NCBI GenBank assembly: GCA_030754315.1
Contig: JASMAO010000007.1
Coordinates: 1-33,393, forward strand
Length of the DNA: 33,393 bases
Reading direction: 5' to 3'
Source of the DNA: SAR202 cluster bacterium
Lineage (GTDB): Bacteria; Chloroflexota; Dehalococcoidia; Lucifugimonadales; JASMAO01
The notes below the pieces were generated by a model. It did no database searches. It saw only the letters and a program-made list of their open reading frames with translations, and had not been told where the DNA came from. Positions 9,964-18,264 of the stretch are shown piece after piece. Both the position numbers and the translations under genes were made by a program. Position 1 is the stretch's first letter; each line of letters begins with the position of its first letter.

Positions 9964-10278
9964 ATGGACAACTTCTATTTTGAGCGGGAATGCAGAACGC
10001 AACAGTCGGAATGTTACACCGTCATGAAAGAAGAAAACCCCGTTGGAAGGCTAGACATCCACTTCGCGAATCAAGTTGTACATGCAACTCTCAACGTTAT
10101 CGAAAGCCTCACCACAGAGGATGTGCAAGATTTGATTGACGCGGTAGATGAAGAACTAGTCGATGCCGTGGGAGTTGAGCGGCAAGAGATGATAGTCCAT
10201 GTCCATCAGGGTCGCGACCTTGGTGTTTTCACAAGCCGTAACTTTGAAGGCAATGGCGGACATGAGCACATGAACTAG
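9964..10278 (+). CDS. Small hypothetical protein (104 aa from the internal ATG)
   Basis: The track ORF 9895-10278 overlaps the proA 3' end. The ATG at 9964 is preceded by AAGGTGA and removes that overlap. The product is acidic with no recognisable domain. Confidence 0.4.
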   Translation: MDNFYFERECRTQQSECYTVMKEENPVGRLDIHFANQVVHATLNVIESLTTEDVQDLIDAVDEELVDAVGVERQEMIVHVHQGRDLGVFTSRNFEGNGGHEHMN

Positions 10279-10542
10279 CGATGATACCGAAACAGGTTGC
10301 CGAAATATTCCTCTTGAAACTACCGTAGGCTGCCCCAATCAAAAAAACAAACCATTAGCGATCACCAGCTACCTCCGTGGTATTTTGTTCCCCGGTTTTA
10401 TTTGATTCGGTTTTGTGCCAAATTTTGTTAGCACCTTCGTTTCACACTTACCATTAATCATGACGACTTTCGGTTTTACCATTTCAGGTCGATTTTAATC
10501 TTGTGACAATCTTGATTAGAGTGCGCCAGTTTACGCTAACGA

Positions 10543-12465
10543 TTAACTGCCCACGGGGCGCCTGGCATGCATCCGCGTTGACTGCGCGACCGTTGCAGCA
10601 ATTACTACAATAGCAACGACGATCCATATGTTTCCTCCAAGCAAGGGTGGCTTTCCAGTGAACCTCAGCATTGAAGCACCATCCCCAGCCGCAAAAACCA
10701 AATTTTCATCCATCGCAGTTACTGAGTTTACGTTTGTATAGCTCACCCTTCCATCTGCTTCCCAATGGAATCCTCCATCGGAACTATGGATAAGAGTGCC
10801 GTCTGTGCCTACAGCCCACCCAATTTTTTCATCCACGAAACTTACATCTCTTAAATCTCTATCGGTATTGCTAGATCGCATTGCCCACGTTTCACCACCA
10901 TCCTCTGTCTTAACTACAGTGCCATGTTCACCTACCGCCCATGCAATATCTCTGTTCACTGAGAAAACTGCGTACAACTCTGCTGTGGTACCGCTCCTCT
11001 GAATTCGCCAGGTAATACCACCATCGACAGTCCTAAAAATAGTTCCTTTTGACCCAACAGCCCAGCCGACCTTTTTGTCAACAAGATTGATGCCGTAAAG
11101 AGGCATCTTCGACACCGATTGAGAGGACCAATTCACACCACCGTCCTTAGTATTTAGCACAATGCCATTATCACCGACAGAGTAACCGACTCGCTCATTC
11201 AAAAAAGCCACATCCCAAAGATCCGCCTTCGCTCCAGATTCGTATGATTGCCAAGTCTCGCCTCCATCCAAAGTCCTGAGAAGTGTGCCCTCCCGCCCTA
11301 CAACCCAACCGACATTAGAGGTAACGCAGTGGACATCGAAGAGATCACGTAGCGTCCCGCTCTCTTGCCGCGACACTGTGAACCCCCCATCAATCGTTTT
11401 GAATATGGCCCCTTCAGTGCCGACCATCCAACCATCCAATTCGTTAACAAAACATTGCCCGTTAATATCAATCATTGCTGCTGGATGCCTTGCTACTTCC
11501 CAAGATTCCCCAGCGTCCTCTGTTCTAATAATACTCCCGCCTTGACCAACGGCCCATCCTGCTTGAGAATCGACGAATTCTACTCCCATCAACGATGTCG
11601 ATACCCCGCTCTCTTGGATTGACCAAACATAGCCTCCGTCAGTTGTGTGGAGAACAGTGCCGCCAGTCCCCACAGCCCATCCATTGTCCTCATCAATAAA
11701 CTTCAAAGCCATCAGTGACTCAGACGTCCCGCTAGACTGGACTGACCAAGTTTCTCCAGAGTCTGTAGTATTTAGAATGACCCCGCCATCCCCAACTACC
11801 CATCCAACCCTACTATTTAGAAACTGGACATCCAACAACATGGTGGACACTCCACTTTCCTGTGCATGCCAGTTAAAAGATCCATCCGTTGTATGATATA
11901 TTTCTCCAAGCGGACCGACTCCCCAACCCACCAGGGCATCATAAAAATCGACCGCATGGAACCACTTGAAGGTTCCTCCAACAGACTTAGCCCACACCTC
12001 ATCACCCACCATCTTTTTGGTAACGTAGCCATTGGAATTAACAGCCATAACGGTTCCGTCCGAAACAGAACCCACCATCCTAAACGTCCCTTCTGAAACA
12101 TTGTCTCTTTGAGACCAGTTTATCCCGCCATCACCGGTTGTTAGTATCGTTCCCTTACTGCCCACTATCCACCCAGAATTGGCATCCTCAAAACCCGCCG
12201 CACGAAAACTCACCGTTGATGTACCCATGCCGTACACAGTCCAGGTCACACCGGCATCGTGAGTGGTTAGTACCGATCCTAGGCTGCCATACGCCCAACC
12301 ATTTCTATCATCCAAAAACGTGACTCCTAACAAAGTCGGACCCATAGCAGCTAACTGCGACCACGCCCCTCTGGTCCTATGTTGAGCAGTAGCAGGAGAA
12401 GGTTCAACTAATGAAGTTGTGCCTAGGACAATAACGATAAAGGTTACGGCGAGTATCCTAACCAC
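10543..12465 (-). CDS. BNR/Asp-box (Ycf48-like) multi-blade beta-propeller protein with signal peptide and C-terminal TM anchor
   Basis: 640 aa. The GTG start is preceded by AGGAGG 9 nt upstream. The N-terminal signal is ILAVTFIVIVLGTTSL. About 13-14 units of roughly 40-45 aa each end in a T-x-D-G-G-x-T/N-W type Asp-box (TTHDAGVTW, TTGDGGINW, NTTDSGETW, HTTDGGYVW, RTLDGGETW, RTVDGGITW, KTEDGGETW and others). The C-terminal hydrophobic helix is IWIVVAIVVIAATVA, followed by a basic tail. Confidence 0.7.
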   Translation of the reverse strand: MVRILAVTFIVIVLGTTSLVEPSPATAQHRTRGAWSQLAAMGPTLLGVTFLDDRNGWAYGSLGSVLTTHDAGVTWTVYGMGTSTVSFRAAGFEDANSGWIVGSKGTILTTGDGGINWSQRDNVSEGTFRMVGSVSDGTVMAVNSNGYVTKKMVGDEVWAKSVGGTFKWFHAVDFYDALVGWGVGPLGEIYHTTDGSFNWHAQESGVSTMLLDVQFLNSRVGWVVGDGGVILNTTDSGETWSVQSSGTSESLMALKFIDEDNGWAVGTGGTVLHTTDGGYVWSIQESGVSTSLMGVEFVDSQAGWAVGQGGSIIRTEDAGESWEVARHPAAMIDINGQCFVNELDGWMVGTEGAIFKTIDGGFTVSRQESGTLRDLFDVHCVTSNVGWVVGREGTLLRTLDGGETWQSYESGAKADLWDVAFLNERVGYSVGDNGIVLNTKDGGVNWSSQSVSKMPLYGINLVDKKVGWAVGSKGTIFRTVDGGITWRIQRSGTTAELYAVFSVNRDIAWAVGEHGTVVKTEDGGETWAMRSSNTDRDLRDVSFVDEKIGWAVGTDGTLIHSSDGGFHWEADGRVSYTNVNSVTAMDENLVFAAGDGASMLRFTGKPPLLGGNIWIVVAIVVIAATVAQSTRMHARRPVGS

Positions 12466-12617
12466 ACTGCATTGCCTCCTGAAGATTAACGACTAAAATA
12501 TTATTGAACGACCTCAAAGCAACGCGGATTAGGATTCGTGGCGGGGGAAAAATCCAACAACCTAAAGCCCAACCTCTGTAGAGGCTCTCTGTTTCAGCGA
12601 TACGCGCCCACATACAT

Positions 12618-13343
12618 TTAGAGCTTACGCCTTAAGCAACCCTTATCTAATGCCTTGCGAGCGTTTACTACAACCTCGGCTGCATATTCCAAATCCATCT
12701 CACTTGAGTTAATCACAAGCTGGTACAGTTGAGGGTCGTCAGGGTCTTCCAAGCCGAAATGGTTTTTAAAATAAATCGCACGCGCCAAGTCTCGGTTTTC
12801 AACGACCCGAGCTGCTTCATCATGACTCAGCCTCTCTCGATCCATTATTCTCTCTATCCGATCTTCGATCTCAGCAACCACTCCGACCCGTAGCACAGTC
12901 GGATCGTCACGTAGAATGATTGACCCGCCCCTCCCCACAATAACGACGTTTCCAGCCGATGCAAGTTCATTCATTGTTTTTCGCAAGGCCTGGTGGTATG
13001 CAGCCTCCTCAACTTCGTGTCCTCTAGTTATAATCGGTTGCTCTAGATCTTCAAATTCCTTTGTCAAAAAAGCCATAGTGCCTGAACCGAAGTATGGATC
13101 AGCGCTTGCGCTTGAGACCGCAGACCTCTCTAGAATTTGCTGGACTACTCTACGAATCTGTTCCCCGAATGTAGGGAGCCGTTGCTCACGCTGGTGAAGC
13201 GCCTCCACAGTAGAACCTATTTCACGAGCTGCCTTGGTCAAGATAATTCTGTCAACGTAATCTGAGGCAAGTCGTTCAGCCACCATAGGGCCAAGCAAAC
13301 GCCCACCCCCACCGGTGAGACCACCCAATGTAACCGCAGCCAT
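12618..13343 (-). CDS. Cytidylate-kinase-like family protein (AAA/NMP-kinase-like, function unknown)
   Basis: 241 aa. The ATG is preceded by GGAAGGAGG. The Gly-rich N-terminus TLGGLTGGGGRLLGPMVAERL and the block GNVVIVGRGGSIILRD resemble the cytidylate kinase-like 2 family from memory. Confidence 0.55.
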   Translation of the reverse strand: MAAVTLGGLTGGGGRLLGPMVAERLASDYVDRIILTKAAREIGSTVEALHQREQRLPTFGEQIRRVVQQILERSAVSSASADPYFGSGTMAFLTKEFEDLEQPIITRGHEVEEAAYHQALRKTMNELASAGNVVIVGRGGSIILRDDPTVLRVGVVAEIEDRIERIMDRERLSHDEAARVVENRDLARAIYFKNHFGLEDPDDPQLYQLVINSSEMDLEYAAEVVVNARKALDKGCLRRKL

Positions 13344-13633
13344 AGGTTACCTCCTTCCAAGCAAACCGGAAAACCAAGAAAGTCTGAAATATTGTACGTA
13401 CACATGGTAGCAATTGCCACCCTAAGTCAAAAATAATCACCGATGGCAAGAATAACTCCACCAACCGCTTTACACTTGAGGGGTAATTTGGCCTTCTTAG
13501 CACAAATGTGAAACAGATTGTTGCTACAAAATCTTTCTACGATGATACCGTGGGCACAAAAGATAGAATAGAACGGCTTCTTAAGGAAAAATAATGCCCA
13601 CAAAAAGGGATTTGTGCCTCTGTCTGGAAAAGG

Positions 13634-14089
13634 CTATGGCCAAATCGTATGATAGTCACCACCTCTTACAGCAGCGGTTAGTTCCTCTTTTTCCAACCGT
13701 TTCAACTGATCTAATACTCCCTGTAGCTCTCTATGGCCATCCGTCACGGAATTTAACCCGCGATATCTAGTGACTATACTGCCCCAAACACCCAGATCCA
13801 CTAAACTATCCACATACCGTGGCCACGGAATTATCGTAAGATCCTTCAGCCGGGGAAACCCAGGCCTCAAATGGTGGATGATTTGCATTCGTTCACGAGA
13901 TGATCCGACCATAGGCAAAACTCCGATAAAAGGCCCTGCGTCCTCACTCACACGCATATCCACAACAAGCGCTTTCCGAAACGAAGGAAAGAATAGAGAC
14001 ATCACATCAGCGGATTCCACATGCCCAAGCACTTCTTCGATCTCGGGAATAAAGTCCCCTTCCACGTTTAAGTCTCCTATCCAATACAT
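13634..14089 (-). CDS. Hypothetical protein (151 aa) downstream of etfA
   Basis: Uninterrupted ORF on the same strand, 42 nt after the etfA stop. It has no obvious SD and no recognisable domain. Confidence 0.45.
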   Translation of the reverse strand: MYWIGDLNVEGDFIPEIEEVLGHVESADVMSLFFPSFRKALVVDMRVSEDAGPFIGVLPMVGSSRERMQIIHHLRPGFPRLKDLTIIPWPRYVDSLVDLGVWGSIVTRYRGLNSVTDGHRELQGVLDQLKRLEKEELTAAVRGGDYHTIWP

Positions 14090-14131
14090 TTCATCAATTT
14101 ACAAACAACTTAAGAGCGACGCTACCCAAGA

Positions 14132-15115
14132 TTATCCGGTGGATAAATCTCGAACTGCAACGATAAATGAGGGTAGTATATTGCTCCAATCACCGACGAC
14201 CCCAAACCTAGCTTCTTTGAATATGTTGGCATTTGCATCTTTATTGACAGCGACGATGTGTTTCGCTCCTGAACATCCAGCCATGTGTTGGCTGGCGCCA
14301 GAAATTCCAACCGTAACGTATAAATCCGGAGTGATCGTCGCGCCCGTCAGGCCAATTTGCAAGCTATGGTCAGCCCATCCGGCATCACATGCTGCACGAG
14401 ACGCACCTACGGCTCCACCCAAAATATCAGCCAACTCACTCAGTTGACTAAACGGCTCTGGTCCACCGATTCCACGACCTCCTGCTACAACAACCTGTGC
14501 GTCTTCCAATCGCACACCTTCTACCTCACTCTTGACCCTCTCGATATGCCTAACTTTCATCATGGACGAATCCAAGTTTACGGTCAAAGGGATTATTTCC
14601 GAGTTTCGGGACACATCTTTTTCTACGGACTCATAGATTCTTGGTCTAACTATAACCACCTGTGGATTTTGCTGGCCGAATGCCATGGTTGCAACAGCGT
14701 TGCCGCCATAAACTGGGCGGGTCACGACGACCCTTCCTGAATCTTCATTTTGCTTTAGGCCAATACAGTCTTGAGCCACCCCCACACCAAGTCGATAAGC
14801 CAATCGGGGACCTACATCACGGCCCAAAAAGGTTCTGCCTATCAACACCACTCTTGGTTCAGTCTGTCGACATACCTGTTCTAACGCAGCTACAAACAGA
14901 TCCTCGGAAGTTTGTTCTAACAGTAAACGGTGTTCGACAACATAAACCTCGTCAACATCCAGGCTGGTCGCTGTTTTAGATAATTCGTTTAAATCAGCGC
15001 CCAACACAACCAATGCTCGATCGCCCTCCAAGCCCTGTGCAGCTGTAACCAATTCGCCAACAACCGGATGTAAACCCCCATCCAATTGTTCAGCCACAAT
15101 AAGTATTTCAGTCAT
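14132..15115 (-). CDS. etfA: Electron transfer flavoprotein, alpha subunit
   Basis: 327 aa. The C-terminal FAD-binding region (VVAGGRGIG, PDLYVTVGISGASQHMAGC) is typical of ETF-alpha. The gene follows etfB by 65 nt. Confidence 0.9.
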   Translation of the reverse strand: MTEILIVAEQLDGGLHPVVGELVTAAQGLEGDRALVVLGADLNELSKTATSLDVDEVYVVEHRLLLEQTSEDLFVAALEQVCRQTEPRVVLIGRTFLGRDVGPRLAYRLGVGVAQDCIGLKQNEDSGRVVVTRPVYGGNAVATMAFGQQNPQVVIVRPRIYESVEKDVSRNSEIIPLTVNLDSSMMKVRHIERVKSEVEGVRLEDAQVVVAGGRGIGGPEPFSQLSELADILGGAVGASRAACDAGWADHSLQIGLTGATITPDLYVTVGISGASQHMAGCSGAKHIVAVNKDANANIFKEARFGVVGDWSNILPSFIVAVRDLSTG

Positions 15116-15180
15116 TTATTAACCTCGCTAATCAAATCAGTGGTTCTCAAACAACTCAGTTGCGTTGCACGGACAGTTAG

Positions 15181-15972
15181 CTAGATGAGCTTTACCTCAC
15201 GTAATCTTTGTGCTAAGCGGCTACCAGCCTCTGCCTCGGTATCAGCTTCAATAAACTCACATTCACCAAGAGAGGGGGGTATGGAAAGACCGGTTACGGA
15301 GATTTTCGGTTCAAACCTAGCCGGATCGATACCCAGATCCCTTGCTGTCCACACAATCGGTGACTTTCGACTGGCTGCCATAATGCCCCGAAGAGTAGGA
15401 TATCGCGGCTGTCCAATCTCGTTACTCACCGTTACCAGTGCGGGCAAATCCGCCTCCACCTTCTCATAGCCGTCAGGGAAAACCCTGTGAACAAGAACCA
15501 TTGAGTTTGATATTTCAATCTGTTGGGCCATCGTTATGCTCGGTAACCCTAGGGTCTCAGCGAGACCGAGCGGAACGTGTGCATTATCCCAGTCAGAAGC
15601 CTGTCGCCCACACAATATAAGATCGAATTCCCCGATTTTCCTGATCGCCTCACTGAGAACACACACTGTGGCATAAGCATCCAGTTGAAAAAACTGAGGG
15701 TCGTCTATTAGTACCAAGTCATCCACACCCATTGACAATGGTTTCTTCATTACATCCATGGCAAAATCGTTTCCTACCGAGAGTGCGGTGATTTTTCCGC
15801 CCGTCTCCTCTCGGACAATGAGCGCTGCCTCAACAGCGTTTTCATCAAATCCATTAATAACTGGAGGTATGCCTTCTGCGACACGAACACGGTTCGTTTC
15901 ATCATCCAAACGGAATGCGGACGTGGGGACATCCGGGTCCACAACTTGTTTAACACAGACAACGATATTCAT
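15181..15972 (-). CDS. etfB: Electron transfer flavoprotein, beta subunit
   Basis: 263 aa. The N-terminus MNIVVCVKQVVD and the block LILCGRQASDWD are typical of ETF-beta. Confidence 0.9.
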   Translation of the reverse strand: MNIVVCVKQVVDPDVPTSAFRLDDETNRVRVAEGIPPVINGFDENAVEAALIVREETGGKITALSVGNDFAMDVMKKPLSMGVDDLVLIDDPQFFQLDAYATVCVLSEAIRKIGEFDLILCGRQASDWDNAHVPLGLAETLGLPSITMAQQIEISNSMVLVHRVFPDGYEKVEADLPALVTVSNEIGQPRYPTLRGIMAASRKSPIVWTARDLGIDPARFEPKISVTGLSIPPSLGECEFIEADTEAEAGSRLAQRLREVKLI

Positions 15973-16133
15973 AATCTACAACTCCAATTTTGGAAAGCCA
16001 ACCCGTAGGTAGTCTTGCTTGTGTCAACGCAAACAAGAGACAGCGACCAGAATAGAATCAGCAAGGTAACTTGAGAGATCACAGGGACGTTGTAGTAAGT
16101 AGTTAAAATACGCAATACCGCGAGCGCGGTTGG

Positions 16134-16163
16134 AATATAGCACTGGGTTGACCCGGGTGTCAA
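16134..16163 (-). promoter_or_regulatory. Candidate sigma70-like promoter for etfBA
   Basis: On the minus strand: TTGACA (complement of 16158-16163), 18-nt spacer, TATATT (complement of 16134-16139). This implies a leader of about 150 nt before the etfB ATG. Confidence 0.4.
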
Positions 16164-16241
16164 TCTGGCAAAAAAACCAATCCCCACTGGCGTTGGATCT
16201 TCCTTAAAGCGAAATACCCAAAATACACCACGATAAAATAC

Positions 16242-16269
16242 TTGACAAATATAAGAAATATCTTAGAAT
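16242..16269 (+). promoter_or_regulatory. Strong sigma70-like promoter for the zinc-ribbon gene
   Basis: TTGACA (16242-16247), 16-nt AT-rich spacer, TAGAAT (16264-16269), with A/T-rich sequence upstream. It sits back-to-back with the etfBA promoter. Confidence 0.5.
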
Positions 16270-16452
16270 ATAGCTATTGCTTTGGGGATGTGTTCGTGAT
16301 CCGATCGGGGACTCTTCTTTGAGCCTCCTGTTGCACGGCTACATCCACGCCGGTTGCAGACTTTTGAGCCGAGGCGCGTGTCGGAGTTAAATCCGTGACG
16401 TGAGCTGGGTTCGGAAAGTCTTCAGCAACAGTAGTTCTGAAGGAGGCTCCTG
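16270..16452 (+). promoter_or_regulatory. Structured 5' leader of about 180 nt with an anti-Shine-Dalgarno element (unclassified cis-regulator)
   Basis: GAGCCTCCT (16321-16329) is the exact reverse complement of AGGAGGCTC (16441-16449), which is the SD. A local hairpin CTTCAG (16420-16425)/CTGAAG (16437-16442) overlaps the SD. TTTGAGCC is duplicated (16318-16325, 16363-16370). There is also a bulged hairpin at 16332-16358 and the palindrome CCGATCGG (16301-16308). Confidence 0.4.
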
Positions 16453-16935
16453 ATGGTTATAGCAGATCGTGTTTCTACATTCACGCCGGCCGCCTTACCG
16501 GTTCAACCAACCAGGGTCACCTCATACCCTGATGAAACGGAGCAGGCAAAACCCAAGGGCTGTCGCCGATGCGGTACCCGCATGTACAAGGGCTACGACG
16601 AGTTCAAGTGTGTAATGTGTGGCTACGCCGATTACCAGTCCCATCCTACAGGATACGAACACCGTACAACTAACATCGTTAGTTCCGCTACTCGGTTCGT
16701 TGTCAGGTATATAGGAGATTCTCACGTGCTCGATCAGACCCTCACACATGCACGCCTTGTTAGATTGAACAACAGGGCCGTATATGAGGTTACGTGTCCT
16801 TTTTGCAAACAAGAGATGGAGCGTTCGTCGCTTTCTGGTAAAAGATCTAACGTTCGTGAAGAGAGGTTCAAGTGCGAGATAGGGCACCGTGTATCCCTCA
16901 TACCTGGGCAGAACGGCTCTCTCGGCTGGAAGTAG
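16453..16935 (+). CDS. Orphan double zinc-ribbon protein (160 aa)
   Basis: The ATG is preceded by GGAGG with a 6-nt spacer. The two metal-binding patterns are C37-x2-C40-x12-C53-x2-C56 and C115-x2-C118-x22-C141-x3-H145. I recognise no family. Confidence 0.65.
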   Translation: MVIADRVSTFTPAALPVQPTRVTSYPDETEQAKPKGCRRCGTRMYKGYDEFKCVMCGYADYQSHPTGYEHRTTNIVSSATRFVVRYIGDSHVLDQTLTHARLVRLNNRAVYEVTCPFCKQEMERSSLSGKRSNVREERFKCEIGHRVSLIPGQNGSLGWK

Positions 16936-17088
16936 CGTACGGTCCCGTGGCTCTAAGCAACTTCGAGTTCCTTCCGCTAACGTGGAATGTGATTCTCAGT
17001 ACTCGCATTGTCTTTTGACACATTCTGCTCATGTCACTCTCAGTGTAGTTAGCAGCATTCTCCTCAACCATTGTGTGTTTCGCTCGCT

Positions 17089-17967
17089 ATGACCAGCGTA
17101 GTAGAACGGCGATCTCAAAATCCCGATTCCGTTTTCTTTGCTTGCGACTTCTCCCCCCCACGAGGGGCCGATCCAAAACTACTGTCACCCGCTTTATCCC
17201 TTACGGCAGATTTCATATCGGTTGCATATAACCCTGGACGGTCAGTCAGAATCAATTCGGTGCTGGCCGCCGACTGGATTCAACAAAAAACACAAAGTGA
17301 CGTTATATTTTCCCTCTCAACTCGCGACATAAACAAAATTGGCCTCCAGAGCTTACTACTGGGCGCTCAACTTGCAAGGCTAAAAAATGTTGTGATAGTG
17401 AAGGGTGACAACCTTTCGTCATCAGAGCTTTCAATGACGAAGTCGGTACACGACTTTAAACCTACAGAATTGTTGAGCTCAATCGTTGCGATGAACAAGG
17501 GATTCGATTACAAAGGCAAAAAGCTGCAGGCATCAACTGACTTTTGCATTGGCGCTACGATAGATCTGAATAATTGCATGGAAAGAGAGATTAATCTTAC
17601 CTATCACAAAGTGCAGGCTGGTGCCCAGTTTTTTCTGATGCAGCCTGTGTCAAACCCAAATGTAGTTCATTCATTCATAGATTGCTATAAAAAACGGTAC
17701 GGTAAACACTTAACCTCAATGTTATTCGTAGGAGTGCAGATGGTTGCACCTGGCGGATTGGCATTCGGGCAACTGCCTGAATGGATCACTAAAGATCTTG
17801 ATGCTGGCCGACCCTGCCACGATATCGCTGTTCAAGCCATCAGCGAATTACTCGATGCCGGATTTCGATCCATTTACCTCATTCCTCCGGTGTTCAAGGG
17901 CGGTCGTAGAGGATACGAAGATGCCAAAAAAGTCTTGGATGAGTTTAAAAGTCTACCGGACAAATAG
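17089..17967 (+). CDS. Divergent methylenetetrahydrofolate reductase (MetF/MTHFR)-family protein
   Basis: About 292 aa from the ATG at 17089; the track ORF starts at TTG 17071. The order of blocks parallels the MTHFR TIM barrel: FFACDFSPPRG, ADFISVAYNPGRS, IFSLSTRD, LKNVVIVKGD, FCIGATIDLN, KVQAGAQFFLMQPV, FVGVQMV. It diverges from canonical MetF at the usual HLTC and ALRGD blocks. Confidence 0.6.
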   Translation: MTSVVERRSQNPDSVFFACDFSPPRGADPKLLSPALSLTADFISVAYNPGRSVRINSVLAADWIQQKTQSDVIFSLSTRDINKIGLQSLLLGAQLARLKNVVIVKGDNLSSSELSMTKSVHDFKPTELLSSIVAMNKGFDYKGKKLQASTDFCIGATIDLNNCMEREINLTYHKVQAGAQFFLMQPVSNPNVVHSFIDCYKKRYGKHLTSMLFVGVQMVAPGGLAFGQLPEWITKDLDAGRPCHDIAVQAISELLDAGFRSIYLIPPVFKGGRRGYEDAKKVLDEFKSLPDK

Positions 17968-18264
17968 AAGTGGCTGGGTGTCTGAAGGCATATGGCAAAC
18001 GCCGCCAATCAATTATTAGCCGTATGGCATTTATCCCTCTGTAGCCATCGGTAGGTGAACGGCCAACACTCCCCGTATGTCAGCGCGCAAAATCATACCG
18101 AAAATCGATAACGATTGTGGCTTTAGCAACAGGCCCATGTAACTTCCCACCAAACCTAGCGTTACCACACGTATTTTGATTCATCAAACCCTTCTGCAAG
18201 AGACAATCGTCGCCTTCACCACATTACGATATTGGGTACACCATTGAGGTTAAACCAATAGCGT

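Noticed and set aside
10796-12323. Several 60-95-aa ORFs on the plus strand (10796-11002, 11285-11545, 11365-11622, 11645-11896, 11866-12096, 12138-12323). Some share MPS.PT.HP-like starts, which looks like a repeated peptide family.
   Set aside because: They are antisense shadows of the repetitive propeller gene on the minus strand. Their apparent repeat is the reverse-complement image of the W-x-x-G-x-x-G/Asp-box codons. No independent start signals are present.
13550-13612. GTGGGCA...TGCCCAC and CACAAA/TTTGTG pairings downstream of the 151-aa ORF, considered as terminators
   Set aside because: The first has a loop of more than 30 nt. The second is a weak 6-bp A/T-rich stem. The evidence is insufficient.
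13770-14447. 225-aa plus-strand ORF
   Set aside because: It is fully antisense to the 151-aa ORF and to the well-supported etfA. The sequence is low-complexity and Ser/Thr/Pro-rich with no motifs.
16281-16311. tmRNA-like 5' end (GGGGATGTGTTCGTGATCCGATCGGGGAC resembles GGGGxUG...GGAUUCGAC)
   Set aside because: No T-arm (GGTTCGAxTCC) or ...CCACCA 3' end occurs within the next 300-400 nt. The downstream sequence is a well-signalled ORF.
16411-16420. GGAAAGTC resembling the RNase P RNA conserved GGAAAGUCCGGGC block
   Set aside because: The match stops after 8 nt, and the surrounding region is far too short and lacks the other universally conserved RNase P regions.
16270-16452. Assignment of the leader to a known riboswitch class (THF, SAH, SAM-I, ZTP/pfl, c-di-AMP/ydaO, glycine, TPP)
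   Set aside because: None of the signature sequences I remember for these classes is present (for example CCGCCUGGGC for ZTP, CAACGGCGCUC for SAH, CUGAGA...ACCUGA for TPP). It is therefore reported only as an unclassified structured leader.
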